Assembly (NCBI RefSeq): GCF_001194135.2
Contig: NC_068999.1
Coordinates: 41,090,097 to 41,129,848, forward strand
Reading direction: 5' to 3'
Source: Octopus bimaculoides
Taxonomy: Eukaryota
Length of the DNA stretch: 39,752 nucleotides
Below the pieces are notes generated by a model. That model was given only the letters and a program-made list of their open reading frames with translations, searched no databases and was not told where the DNA came from. Shown here in pieces: positions 22,661 to 35,714 of the stretch. The position numbers and the translations under genes were made by a program. Position 1 is the stretch's first letter; every line of letters begins with the position of its first letter.

Positions 22661-23729
22661 GTATTCTGTCTCCTCCTACATAATCATCATCATCATCGTC
22701 CTGATCGTCATCCTTATCGTTAACTTCGTCGCCATTATTATAAGTTGTGTTCACTGGGAATTTGTTAAAGATACAACACCGCCCTCGGCAATCGTTGGTA
22801 GATTTCTACTTGAAAATGTGTGGCTTCAGGACTCAGCACTAGTTCCAACGGATTTCGTAACAAAACGACAACAAATAAATAAGTGAATAAAATAGAAAAA
22901 AGACAAAGTTTCTAACACACACACACACACACACACAAAAAAAAATAAATAAAAAAAAAGGAAACATCGAAATATGAAAAGAAAATTGTCACCATTAATT
23001 TTATTAATTAAGGATTTTGCCTCGAGATTAATGAATTCATCAGTTATGTCTTTCTTTCGTTTGTTCCTATTTTTGTGACACGATGTAAACCAACAACAAC
23101 AAAAATAGCAACAACAGCAACAGCAACAACAACAATAACAACAACAACAATAATAATAATAATAATAATAATAATTGCAAGAGTCTTGAATATCAACATA
23201 ACGTTAACGACAGTCAGCAACTTTTCAAAGCAACAGTTGTTGTAGTTTTAGTACTTATTGTAGCTGTTGATGTGGTTGTTGTTGTTCTTCTTCCTGTTTG
23301 TCTCTTGAGCAACTCTGCTTGAGTTAGACACATGATTGATTATCATCAGGCTTCCAGTCATGGCTACCGCCACTTTCTACTTTGTGTCGCATATCGAGAC
23401 AGCGCTTTATCCGGTGAGTGAAAACACTTTACAAAATGATCGGGATTAACTTAGAGGGAATGTTCGCTATTTTATCTAGCAAGTCGAGCAGCCAACCACG
23501 TAGGCAGTATCTTCTTCGTTGAATTGCCAGATAAGCAATCTTATCATCAACAGTAGTAGTAGTAGTAGTAGTAGTAGAGGAGGAGGAGGTGGTGTTGTTC
23601 ACCATAGGTCAGCTTGCGTGTTAGTGGTTATTACTACAGCCATGTGTACCTTTAATGTAATTCTCGGATGGGATTCAGTGTTACATAGTGACGCATGGTT
23701 ACACTTTTGAATTACAGATAAAGAGAAAC

Positions 23730-23842
23730 CGACGGGATTCTGCACAGTTTTAATCTACTCGAATGTGTGTCGACTAGAGGCTTCAGAAAATGGCCTTTTC
23801 CCATTGTGTTACAAGCGAACTACTTGACTACTCGACCATATT
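23730..23842 (-). mobile_element. SINE family B, degenerate and internally deleted 5' part
   Basis: GACGGGATTCTGCACAGTTTTAATCTAC...GTCGACTAGAGGCT...ACAAGCGAACTACTTGACTACTCGACCAT parallels 39278-39390. Confidence 0.45.
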
Positions 23843-23953
23843 GGGCCGAGTGTATACCGTTGCTTGTGTGTGTTACATTCTGAATTTCTTAAAATGCTTT
23901 TGTATAATTTAGCATTTGTTGTCCATAAATTTCATATTCCAAATGAGCAGATA

Positions 23954-24062
23954 TAGCTTCATGTCTACGGAGTCGATGAAGTACCAGTCATGCGATTGGG
24001 TTGAGATAAACCAGTAAATCCTTCACTCAAATGTTAGGTCTTGCCTCTAAGTAAGAAGTAAA
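23954..24062 (+). mobile_element. SINE family A, degenerate 3' half
   Basis: GGAGTCGATGAAGTACCAGT...GGGTTGAGAT...AAATGTTAGGTCTTGCCTCTAAGTAAGAAG follows the family A block order. Confidence 0.55.
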
Positions 24063-24065
24063 GGT

Positions 24066-24285
24066 GTGTATCCAAGTAGTTAGGGTGCTGCACTCACGAA
24101 CGAAAGGTCGTGCTTTCGATTCCCGGACGAGAAGATGCGGTGTGTTCTTGAGCAAAATTCTTCATTTCCCTTGCTTCAGTCCACTTAGTAACAAAGTCCA
24201 GGGATTGGTGCCCCGTGTAGGACCAATGTCTTGATCCCATTCACTTGTAGATCGGGGAAACTGGGTAACCAGTGCTACGAGACGG
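24066..24285 (+). mobile_element. tRNA-headed SINE, family C
   Basis: tRNA-like head AGTAGTTAGGGTGCTGCACTCACGAACGAAAGGTCGTGCTTTCGATTCCCGG (A-box-like and TTCGATTCC B-box), followed by GTGTTCTTGAGCAAAA...CAGTCCACTTAG. A weaker similar copy lies at about 34566-34690. Confidence 0.6.
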
Positions 24286-24784
24286 TGCTTCATTATTACT
24301 ATGGGAGAAATCGTTACTTGCTGGTCGATAAGATATGGAAGCGGTCAAGTGATGTAGTCGTTAGTGTTAGACTCATATATACACCCTGTATATATGGAAA
24401 TGCGGGGGATTTTGTTGCTTTGAGAGAACAAAAATACAATAAAGGGGTTTACAGATATTATGATTGAAATTACAAAATCACTTAGCAGATAATTAAATCC
24501 GAATCATTGATTGTTAAAAATGTGGCTGAAAATCTACATAAATTCAACATTCTTTAAAAATCGAACCGCATCAAAATGTTTTGATTTGTACAAAATTTTA
24601 AAAGCTTTCTGTTTTTATACATATATATATGTATATATATATGTTGTTTTTTTTAATATTTAAAATTATGCAGGTGTTCTATTTGATTGAAAGACTGCAT
24701 CTATGTAATACACGAATATATAACGTGTCTGTGTATACATATGCCCACCAAATGTGTGTCGGATTCCCTCCCTCTCTGTTACTG

Positions 24785-24787
<3 letters not shown>

Positions 24788-24858
<71 letters not shown>
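24788..24858. repeat. (CT)n microsatellite
   Basis: Direct reading, one interruption. Confidence 0.95.
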
Positions 24859-24861
<3 letters not shown>

Positions 24862-25246
24862 ACACACCCACACACACATAGATATATACTTTTATAACAT
24901 AAATGTTTATTACAATCTGTTTAAATGTTGTACATATATATGAGCGCAATATATGGCTTCTGACTTTTTACATGCGTAGGAAGATGTTTTAATGTTAACT
25001 ATTTGGATTATATAAACACACACACACACACTGACACACATACACACACATCTATGTGTGTTTGAGTGTGTATACGTATGTACATATGGCCCTGAGTTTA
25101 ATGTGCGTTTATAATAGGTTACACCTATAATTGAAAATGGATCCGTTTATGGTGTTCCGATATGCATATGCGAACAGACTCTCACATTACTATGCATATC
25201 TATATGCATACATACGTACGTACATACATACGTAAATACGTATAAT

Positions 25247-25299
<53 letters not shown>

Positions 25300-26251
25300 N
25301 NNNNNNNNNNNNNNNNNNNNNNNNNNNNNNNNNNNNNNNNNNNNNNNNNNNNNNNNNNNNNNNNNNNNNNNNNNNNNNNNNNNNNNNNNNNNNNNNNNNN
25401 NNNNNNNNNNNNNNNNNNNNNNNNNNNNNNNNNNNNNNNNNNNNNNNNNNNNNNNNNNNNNNNNNNNNNNNNNNNNNNNNNNNNNNNNNNNNNNNNNNNN
25501 NNNNNNNNNNNNNNNNNNNNNNNNNNNNNNNNNNNNNNNNNNNNNNNNNNNNNNNNNNNNNNNNNNNNNNNNNNNNNNNNNNNNNNNNNNNNNNNNNNNN
25601 NNNNNNNNNNNNNNNNNNNNNNNNNNNNNNNNNNNNNNNNNNNNNNNNNNNNNNNNNNNNNNNNNNNNNNNNNNNNNNNNNNNNNNNNNNNNNNNNNNNN
25701 NNNNNNNNNNNNNNNNNNNNNNNNNNNNNTATATATATATATATATATCCATGTAAATCCATTTTTATGCCTTAAACTCATTCAGAAAACGTCTCTGTAG
25801 TTTCAATCTCATATATATTTTACTTCTACACAAATAAAAACACCTCACTCATCATGAAATAAAAGTAAATCAACGCATGCGTTTCTTTGATCACTGAAAT
25901 ATTTTGATATTATATAACTACTAAGGAATATATAATTTTCAAATATTAATATTTCAATATTAAATTATATGAAAAATTACACTTTGATATATCCTAAATA
26001 TGTTTACATTATTTTTATCCCTTATAGCCAATATTTCTTTCAGCGTATTATTTTCCATATTTATCATTCTCTCAATTTTAGTTTCAATACAATTCAAATT
26101 CGTCATCTACAATGTGGAGCCAATAAATCTGTTTAATGTTGAATATAATTGGATTTGTTCTGAGTTCAAATCTCGTAGGTGTGTCACTTTAACTTCTAAG
26201 AAATATTCACTACATTATGGTAGTTCGTCGAACTGTTTGAATCGATTAATA

Positions 26252-26300
<49 letters not shown>

Positions 26301-27059
26301 ATATCCATATCCATACACACTCGCGCGCGGTTACGTCATACAGTTACATCATACATTTACGTCATACAGCTTTCATTTACATACCTACACACACATATAT
26401 ATATATACACACACATACCCCCCCACATATATATGTATGTATATATGCGCGCACACACGCACACGGACACACACATACAGACACACATAAAGACGCGCAT
26501 ACATACACGCACCCGTACCTAACACTCACAACCCCACACACATCACAATCCCACACACACGCACATCCACACACATACACACACACACACANNNNNNNNN
26601 NNNNNNNNNNNNNNNNNNNNNNNNNNNNNNNNNNNNNNNNNNNNNNNNNNNNNNNNNNNNNNNNNNNNNNNNNNNNNNNNNNNNNNNNNNNNNNNNNNNN
26701 NNNNNNNNNNNNNNNNNNNNNNNNNNNNNNNNNNNNNNNNNNNNNNNNNNNNNNNNNNNNNNNNNNNNNNNNNNNNNNNNNNNNNNNNNNNNNNNNNNNN
26801 NNNNNNNACATACGCAAAAACTACCTGCTGACCTTCCACTAACCATTGTCCATAAGCACCCACTAACTATTCCTGCTACTAATTCCTTCCACTACGTCAC
26901 ACACACACACAAACACACATACACACTAACAGATAAACCACCAAACCATGCACATACACACACACACACACACACACATACACGCACACACACGATCTGT
27001 TATTACACACACACTGGCAGACTCTCGCGCACGCAAGATATTCACCTCCCTTTTTCACT

Positions 27060-27312
27060 CTCCTGTCTTATAAAGAACTTTTCCCCCACCACCTCCTCTT
27101 CCGGTCCTTTCACAATGTAATCTCGTGGGCATCGGTGCCATTTTCCTCTTCCTCCGTTTTTCCATTCTCCGAACTTTGTCTTTCCGACGAAGGGCTCCGC
27201 CCGAAACGTCATACTCTCTCTCCTTCCTTTCCCGAGCGTCCAATAACACTATCCGTATCACGTCCTCACTTTGTTGTTTTTTTTGTTATTTTTTTTGTGT
27301 TCTTTTGAACCT
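27060..27312 (+). mobile_element. Probable Penelope-like element 3' fragment
   Basis: Pyrimidine-rich segment with hammerhead-like CCGACGA-A-GGGC-tcc-GCCC-GAAA-CGTC, followed by TTTCCCGAGCGTC, a block also found downstream of the motif at 39120. Confidence 0.55.
27178..27214 (+). ncRNA. Hammerhead-like motif with variant core CCGACGA, degenerate stem I
   Basis: CCGACGA (27184-27190), A, stem II GGGC/GCCC with 3-nt loop, GAAA (27203-27206), CGTC. Stem I does not pair in this copy. Confidence 0.5.
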
Positions 27313-27554
27313 ATATATATATATATANNNNNNNNNNNNNNNNNNNNNNNNNNNNNNNNNNNNNNNNNNNNNNNNNNNNNNNNNNNNNNNNNNNNNNNNN
27401 NNNNNNNNNNNNNNNNNNNNNNNNNNNNNNNNNNNNNNNNNTATATACACACACACACACAAACATATATATATATATATATATATATAGTAAGAAAAAT
27501 GGAGGAGAATTTCGTTTATCCCCACGTGGTGATTAGTATTATATATACTACTAT

Positions 27555-27586
<32 letters not shown>

Positions 27587-28015
27587 TATATCTTCCTTCC
27601 TTATTTCCTGTCTTTTTCTTCATGTCTTCGTCTTTTTCTTCGCTCAGTAATTCCTTCGGTTTCTTTTTTTCCTTCACTTTCTTCTTTCTCAGCTTCTCCT
27701 CTTCATCTTCAGAGTCTTCTTCAACTTCTTTTTCTCCTCCTCCTTACTCTCTTATACTTCCCCCTCTTCTTCAACATCTCCTTCTCCCTCTTTATATTTA
27801 TATTCTCTTTCGCCCCGCCTCGTCACCCTCATTTTGCCCTAACGCCAAGACAACTTTTACAGCCAGGACAATCCGCGCCCAAATTTCCTCCATTATCGCA
27901 TGATTCAAAGAAGCGACCCAGTTGATGTAGATCTGACGCAACACGACAACAATTATCAATGATTATTCAGTCATCTCTCATATATGGAGACAACGGAACA
28001 TGTGTGCATGCACAC

Positions 28016-28047
<32 letters not shown>

Positions 28048-28069
28048 ATACATATGAATATATTCTATT

Positions 28070-28174
28070 CTATAGCGGGTAAAATTCCAGAGATCCATGG
28101 AAGAGTTCCCTCCAGCGGTCCTTGTCTCTCATCATCATTGCCACGTCCTGTGTCTGTCTTAAGGCATCAACATA
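28070..28174 (-). mobile_element. RTE-like LINE ORF C-terminal fragment
   Basis: Minus strand YVDALRQTQDVAMMMRDKDRWRELFHGSLEFYPL*, resembling the RTE-clade terminus (Y.D.L..D.......M.DR..WR). Short, so moderate confidence. Confidence 0.5.
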
Positions 28175-28604
28175 GTGCGTGCGTGTGTAATCTCATGAAG
28201 AGAAACTGTTTCGACTGTCATCGTAGTAGTGGTGGTGGTGGTGGTGGTGCTAGCGACCATAATATTAGTAGTTGTAGTTATTGTTGTAGCTTAGTCGCAG
28301 GTCAGCTCTGCCTCCATTACACACCATACCATGTTCTTCAGTTGATCTGGTTTGTAGAAAATTCATAGGAACCACAATATTCAGAGGAACTGCGAGACTA
28401 TTTTACTCATAGAGCAGCAAAATGCTATTCATTTTAGCAGACGATATTGCTTGATCTCTGTGAGATGCTGTCCTTTTTTCTAGCACATCGCTCGAATGCT
28501 TTGAAACTTATTCATTGCAATGCGACGAGAATCTTTCGTGAAATGAACATAATACGAAGACTTATTTAGATCCATTAAAAAACATTTTTGTTTTTTCATT
28601 TTCA

Positions 28605-28745
28605 GTTCAAATCAAAGTCAATTTTACCTTTCGTAATTGGTCAGATCGATAAAATAAGTAGCATTCATGTATTAGGGTGATCGATATAATCCACTATACC
28701 ACTCTTTCAAAATATGTGGCAATGTGCCAACGCTATAAATCATTA
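28605..28745 (+). mobile_element. SINE family A, old degenerate copy
   Basis: CAGTTCAAATCAAAGTCAATTTTACCTTTC...GATCGATAAAATAAGTA...GGGTGATCGATATAATCCACT...AAAATATGTGGCAATGTGCC. Confidence 0.55.
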
Positions 28746-29034
28746 TAGAGATGCATATATTAGTCAGTGCGTCGAACATAAATCATTCAGTGAAATATAT
28801 GTAGACTGTTTCCTTTAGACATTTATCTTGTTTGTGCTTGGATTGCTGTGATGCTGGAACATCGCCTTGAAACGTTCCGCCCATCAACTCAAAAACTGTA
28901 ATTATTCATTTAGGTCTGGCACTTATCGTATGAATCATATTCTGGAAATGGCAGTAACGGAGACATAAACAAACCAACATTGGTTGTCAAGGGGTTGAGG
29001 AACAAACAGATAGACACATATACGCACACACACA

Positions 29035-29091
<57 letters not shown>

Positions 29092-29370
29092 CCTTTAACA
29101 GATGTCAAAATTACCCAAGAGCAATTGAGACCAGCGCCACTTCAGAAGGGGAGATAATCTCATGAATAAAGTTTTCTCCAAACTTCATGCATCACTGTGT
29201 GAAATAACAGGTTTATTTCTGGACGTAAGAGTAAAGACGTCGCACATTTTTTTGCCTCAGCATGCATCATCAGAATAGCTATCGTTCTACATCATTTCTT
29301 GTATCCAAGGAACTTCTTTACACATATTAAAGAAGGAGTAATACTCACTTATACCCAACCTCGGACTTCG

Positions 29371-29472
29371 ACAGATTCCGTTAATTAAATTCACCGACAT
29401 AGCACTGGTCGGCCCGGAGCTATATTGGCAGATATTTACCGAAAGCTCTGCTCAGTGGGAGTGAACGCCAAA
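29371..29472 (-). mobile_element. SINE family B, 5' part
   Basis: CAGATTCCGT...AAATTCAC...GCACTGGTCGGCCCGGAGCTATA...CAGTGGGAGTGAAC matches the reverse complement of 19600-19695. Confidence 0.6.
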
Positions 29473-29529
29473 ATTAATATTTCATTAACTCTAGTTTAAA
29501 GAGCTCCGCTATGACACCTAGTTATATAA

Positions 29530-29670
29530 TCAGACGTTCTTTCGCAGGCAATATGTAGTTTCGGTTTTTGAGTTCAAACTCCACCAAGGTCAAATCTATA
29601 TCTGTTCTTTTGAGGTCAATAAAATAAATATCCTTCCAGTATTTTTGTAAGAGTGGATAGGATTGGCTAT
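29530..29670 (+). mobile_element. SINE family A, old degenerate copy
   Basis: TTTTGAGTTCAAACTCCACCAAGGTCAA...TTTTGAGGTCAATAAAATAAATA. Confidence 0.5.
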
Positions 29671-30537
29671 AACTTACTTCTTAAGAGTTTGAGCCCGAGG
29701 ACACTGTTTTTCTAGGTCAAAAGACAAAAATTTAAAGATATATATTTTAATCAAGATGAAAATAATTTACAGAACAAAAAAAAAATCAAAGACAATACTG
29801 TAAAAATAGAAAGAGTATGAAAAGCTTATAAAAGGTATAAAACCCGGGCAAAAAGCCATGAGACAGGCTCTACATTTAGAAATATAACGGTACCAAAAAA
29901 AAATAGAAATAAAAAAAAAATAACTAATACACGCAATATATTAATTCCGTCCCGAAAGCTTTCGGCAGTTTGCTGGCAGCAGTCGAGAGACATCTCATAG
30001 AAAGTAGCAAAGCAGAGAAGACGGAGGAAAACGAGGAGGTTTTTTTGTGTGGGTTTTTGGTTTATTGATGGGTTTTTTTTTTCTACCTTCAGGATTTGGC
30101 TTTAGACCAGATATTTTCAAGAGATAAAAAGTCAGTCGGATTCTTTCAATCAATAATAATAATGATGATGATAATAATAATAATAATGATGATAATAATG
30201 ATAATAATAATAATAGCAATGATGATGATGATATTGGTTACATATTATCAAATGAGAATAAGCACACAAAGCATTTAAGTACAAACTCCGAAATGAAACA
30301 TTTGCACAAATGTTCAAATGGAGACGTAAATTCTTAAAGAATGAAAAAGAAAGAAATAAGAAAAACATAGTAAAAGCAAGCATACAATCAGCAGAATGTA
30401 AACTATACACTCATACACATACACACGAACACACACACACACACACTCACAAACACACACGCAAACAAACACACAGCAATGTGTTATTTATAGAATTCAT
30501 ATACCAAATTTCTGTGTACTTACGGATCTCTTATATC

Positions 30538-30584
<47 letters not shown>

Positions 30585-30627
30585 NNNNNNNNNNNNNNNN
30601 NNNNNNNNNNNNNNNNNNNNNNNNNNN

Positions 30628-30684
<57 letters not shown>

Positions 30685-31253
30685 AGGTTCTATTTCCATA
30701 TTAACAAAAGCTAGAATTTAGAATTATTCCGCATACATCCTTACCACCTCTATTTACTATCGGAAGTAAACTATTATTGGAATCACCAAAAATAGTGTTT
30801 ATGCACACTGACAGTATGTATGTATGTATGTATGTATGTATGTATGTATGTATATATGTATGTATGTGTGTGTGTGTGTGTGTATGTGTGTGTGTGTGTG
30901 TGTGTGTTTGAATGTATGTATATCATTTCACCTAGAAATTCATATGTGCGTATTTATAGATTTAGTCTACGCTATTCGTGCGTACGTGGTTATGAAGAAA
31001 CTGTGAAGTGCGTGCGTGTACATATAACATTGCCTCTATGTGNNNNNNNNNNNNNNNNNNNNNNNNNNNNNNNNNNNNNNNNNNNNNNNNNNNNNNNNNN
31101 NNNNNNNNNNNNNNNNNNNNNNNNNNNNNNNNNNNNNNNNNNNNNNNNNNNNNNNNNNNNNNNNNNNNNNNNNNNNNNNNNNNNNNNNNNNNNNNNNNNN
31201 NNNNNNNNNNNNNNNNNNNNNNNNNNNNNNNNNNNNNNNNNNNNNNNNNNNNN

Positions 31254-31286
<33 letters not shown>

Positions 31287-31816
31287 TCACACACTCGTTG
31301 ACGTGTGAGTTTGTGTACGCAGGCGAGTGAAGAGCGAGACAACCTATGTCTATGTACAAATATATTTGCACACAAACGCACAAACACGTACACACTAACA
31401 CGCACAGACATATGTGTCTATGTATTTATGTATTTTTAGAAACCTCATTAAAATAGACAAAAAATATCATCTTTTCCAGTATATTTGATACACGAAATAT
31501 CTCATACTTAATCTATTTAACTTGTATTACATTGCATTAAACAGATATAAGTATGTGATATTTGAAATATCAATAATCTGCAAAAGATGGTATTTTTTTT
31601 TCTCTATTAACATGGCGTCCTTTAAACATTCTTCAAACAAGAAGTGTTTCCTTTTCATAACGAGGAAAAATAGGTTTTTTATTATTTTGTCTCCGTGTTT
31701 TTGTTTAATATACTTATTTCATAAAAGAATCTCCTTATACTTTTACCGATTATTTCAAGAATGTGAATTCTCCCAGGAAAGAGTTTACAATTGAAACACA
31801 CTGTCATTAAACGACA

Positions 31817-32063
31817 TCTTTTATCTTTCAATTGTTTCAGTCATTTGACTCCGACCATGCTGGGGCACCACCTCAAAGTGTTTAATCGAACAAATTGACC
31901 CCGGTACTTATTTTTTAAAGTCTGCTATTTATACTGTCGGTGTTTTTCAACGAACCACTTAGCTATAGGGACATAAGCAAACACCGTTTGTCATGCAGTA
32001 GTTTGTAGTGGGAGTAAAAACCCCCATATATTCACAAACACACAAACACACACACATATATAG

Positions 32064-32102
<39 letters not shown>

Positions 32103-32200
32103 TGAGTATGCGTGGGATGGTGAGTGTGCGTGCGTAAGAAAGAGAGAGAGGGTGGCTTCAGTTTCCGTCTATCAAATTGGAAATACTGACACAGGATAGC
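31817..32200 (-). mobile_element. SINE family B with internal (CA)/(GT) tract
   Basis: TCTTTTATCTTTCAATTGTTTCAGTCATTTGACTCCGACCATGCTGGGGCACC...ATCGAACAAATTGACCCCGGTACTTATTTT...microsatellite...GGCTTCAGTTTCCGTCTATCAAATT; mirror of 19549-19916. Confidence 0.75.
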
Positions 32201-32253
32201 AGAGCAGTTTCTGTGACCTGTTGACTGGCTAGAATAGCTTTCTAAACTTGAAA

Positions 32254-32315
<62 letters not shown>

Positions 32316-32580
32316 TTGTATACATACATACATACATACAGAACAATCACCTGCGTGACAACAGAAGAAGTAGACCTTAATAGCGTTGACATGGAAGACA
32401 ATATGAAGTTTGGAATACAAGCGTAGAACACGTGCATTTTCCTTTAATAGATACAGCTGACGAACGGTGGCTGTAAATCGGATAAAAACATATCCAGTGC
32501 TACCGAAAGATTCAGAGTTACTGCCTCCGAGTGTCCTATGCTCTTATTCTACAGTGTGTGTGTGTGTGTGTGTGTACACT

Positions 32581-32720
32581 CACGTACTGAGGTTAAATTT
32601 CGCCGTGGTCAACTTTGATTTACACGCTTTCAGAGTCGATAAAATAAGTACCAGTTGAATACTGGGGTCGATGCTATCCCTAAAATTTCAAGGTTTGTGC
32701 CTATAATAGAAAAGATTATG
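32581..32720 (+). mobile_element. SINE family A, 5'-truncated
   Basis: CACGTACTGAGGTTAAATTTCGCCGTGGTCAACTTTG...GAGTCGATAAAATAAGTACCAGTTGAATACTGGGGTCGATG...GTGCCTATAATAGAAAAGATTAT. Confidence 0.8.
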
Positions 32721-33987
32721 TGAGGCCATCGATTTACTCTTTCAACTCGGAAACCGTTACTGAATGCAACCCTTCAGGTGACAAAAATCTCTCACTATTT
32801 GAGGTTAAGTGAAGGTTCACTCAATAATGGCAGGAGACATCGAATTTCACGACTTTGATCAGGTGGTAAGCTTTTGACGCGCGCGTGTAGAAGATTTTGT
32901 ACTGGAATTATCAGATTGTTTATGCTGCATGTTTAAGAAAGCGATTAATGATATCAAAGAATCTGTAGTAGCCCAATTTTCGTGGAAGTACCGAGAAGAC
33001 TGAATTGACTATTATGCGGAATTGTCTGTTGCTTTTGGCGGAAGAACTTTGTCGGTGATGATGGAAGATGTTAGCCGACTTGCATGTCAAATTCTCTAGA
33101 CAAATTTTTACCGAGCTTTCAAGCAGAAAATCTTTCGGGTATTCTGTTTGACATATTGAATCAAAATGTGACATTTCTCTGCGACACACAATCTGCAATC
33201 ATGACCGTTTAAAACGGGGTTGAAATAAGTGAACGGAAAATTCAAAATTATGTGAACGCCGAAGCATGCACACAAGAAAATGTTAAAGTTTAAGATGCCA
33301 CTGAAGGAATACATTTGAAAATGTTATAGTGAAGGAAAGAGAAAACTAGAGAGATTTTTAAAGGGTGGCGGTAACTAAGGAAAAATAAAGAAAAGGAAAG
33401 TGGTGATCATTTCCTATTTGTTGCTCTTAAACCTGATGCAAGCGTTCATAAGCCGTGATAATTCTGCATCTTTGCGGGCATAATATATCTAGGATACGAT
33501 TATCTAATGTTCTTTAGTTACTAAACGTAGCAGCGTCAGATTGGGCAGAAAATTCAAGCAGGTCAAGCGACAGTGCAAAAGGCTATTTGTTGAATCGAAC
33601 TCAAAAGGATGTTAATGAATTCTGAACAGACATAGCGACGAATGTAGAAAGGAATGTCACCTAGTTGTGTTAGGATTAAAAAAAAACATCTATCTCAGAT
33701 TTGAAGGCATTTAAAACGTCAAACTTTTAACTCTACATACCCATATTTCTGTTATATTTCCTGGGTTTTTTTTTTTCGTTTTTGTGGCTCTGCTTTTAAT
33801 TTTTTTTAACGTCAATGTCCTAAGCCTTGCCTCAAGAACCTTTGCTTCTAAAGTGAAAAAATGTAACTATAAATGAATCCTAATACAAGATTAGTTAAGA
33901 AATACGGAAATGGAACGTATTAAAAAGTATTGGCAAGTTATAAAAAGGAAATACACACACGCACAAATAAACAGATAACGATGACTA

Positions 33988-34040
<53 letters not shown>

Positions 34041-35297
34041 GTGTGTGTTAAATATACATTTACATGTCCATACATATATATACACACAAATGTATGTATG
34101 TATGTATGTATGTATATACACACATTTAATTATTATTTATATATTCAGATATTTGCACGACATATCAAATACATATATGTAGACATAAATACACTAACAA
34201 ACGGGAATACACGCCTACACTGTGAAACCCTCACATTAAATTACTCAAACCTGGAATCATTGCAGAAATGATGGAGTAACACTAAAGGAGAGACATTACC
34301 CATAGTTCAAAACCGAAAACTAAACAAAATATGAAGCTGGGGATTAGAACGGCTGCACCCTGCTTACTTGGAAGTTTTTATACCAATTTAAGGTTAGCTG
34401 GATCTCGAATAAACAAGATATCTAAGAACAGTCAGCAAGGAAGCCCCTTAGCAAAATGGCTAACGCTGATTCAACTACATATGTTATTTCATGTAAATTT
34501 GGTTCGAATCTCAATGTCAAATGAATTTTATCATTTCACTTTGATACAACTGTGAATATACGTGGCTAAATGGTGAGACCAGCACATAAACACAAGGTCG
34601 TTAGTTCCATTCCAGGACCGAATAGCACATCGGACCTTGAGTAGGGTACTTCAGACTGCTGCAAGTTATTCAGCTGTGAATGACAACTGGTAAGCTGATG
34701 GTGCAATTCACAGATAGTCTCTCTTTTCCTCCTTCCCTCTCTCTGTCCATTCCTCTCTCTCTTGCTCACTGGCTGTCGCATCCTGCCTGCTCCCTTGGTC
34801 TCAGACAAAAGACAGCAAAAGGGCCTTCATGTCGGGTCGCTAAGATTTGAGCACCACTGCAGTCATTTAAAGCATGTTGGGAGCTACCAACACTTACTTG
34901 CACGAAAGTGACGGCTGATTGTAATATTTACTGTAAATATTTTTTTCAACAGTCATTATGATCTTATCGAACAGCACAAACAACATACATTGGCAATTGC
35001 ACTCAATTCTAGATCAACATCGATTTATCTAAATATTCAACCTTATCGAAGAATCCTCATGAAATTCTTTCATTTGTATTCATTTAGTGTTTGCTTGTAC
35101 TTTTTTTTTCAATTCCTTTCCCGGTCTTATCGTTTCGATTTTGTATCTGAACCTTGTCAATAACACTTCTCTATGTCCCCTATCTCTCTCCCTCTCTCTC
35201 TGTCTGTTTTCCTTTTCCTATTTCTCTTACTATCTCTCTATATCTCACAAGATGTAAATATACATTATATATATATGTATATATATATATATAAAAT

Positions 35298-35340
<43 letters not shown>

Positions 35341-35683
35341 ATATATATATGTGTATGTATATGTATTTCAATATACATATGTATACATACACGCAAACAA
35401 AGATATAGATATACACACACATGCAAGTGTATAACCATAAACGTTGTGTTAAATACCATCTCACGAAAATGCTTGTCATTCGATATCTCAATACGGTAGG
35501 TGCTAACATTAAAAAGAAAACAAACGCAATATGCTGCGACGCCATTGCGATTCTCCGGTGTATGGATATATTTTCAAAGATTTTTCAATGCCACCATACG
35601 AGCTTACAAAAATATATACCTACATACAAACAAACAAGCATACATACAAACACACATGTATACATACGTAAGTACGTACATAT

Positions 35684-35714
<31 letters not shown>

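Noticed and set aside
22659-22886. ORF ending CVHWEFVKDTTPPSAIVGRFLLENVWLQDSALVPTDFVTKRQQINK
   Set aside because: N-terminal half is triplet repeat; no splice signals or family motif recognised.
19549-24125. tRNA genes at SINE heads (19549, 20963, 24066 and others)
   Set aside because: A- and B-box-like motifs are present, but there is no complete cloverleaf or acceptor stem, and each continues into a SINE body.
27271-27903. 210-aa Ser/Phe/Pro-rich ORF
   Set aside because: Spans an N-gap and a low-complexity CT-rich tract.
29952-29965. 14-bp palindrome CCGAAAGCTTTCGG containing GAAA
   Set aside because: No upstream CUGANGA core or stem II, so not a hammerhead; chance-level palindrome.
34842-34859. 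hAT-like terminus AAGATTTGAGCACCACTG
   Set aside because: No partner TIR found upstream, so no element can be delimited.
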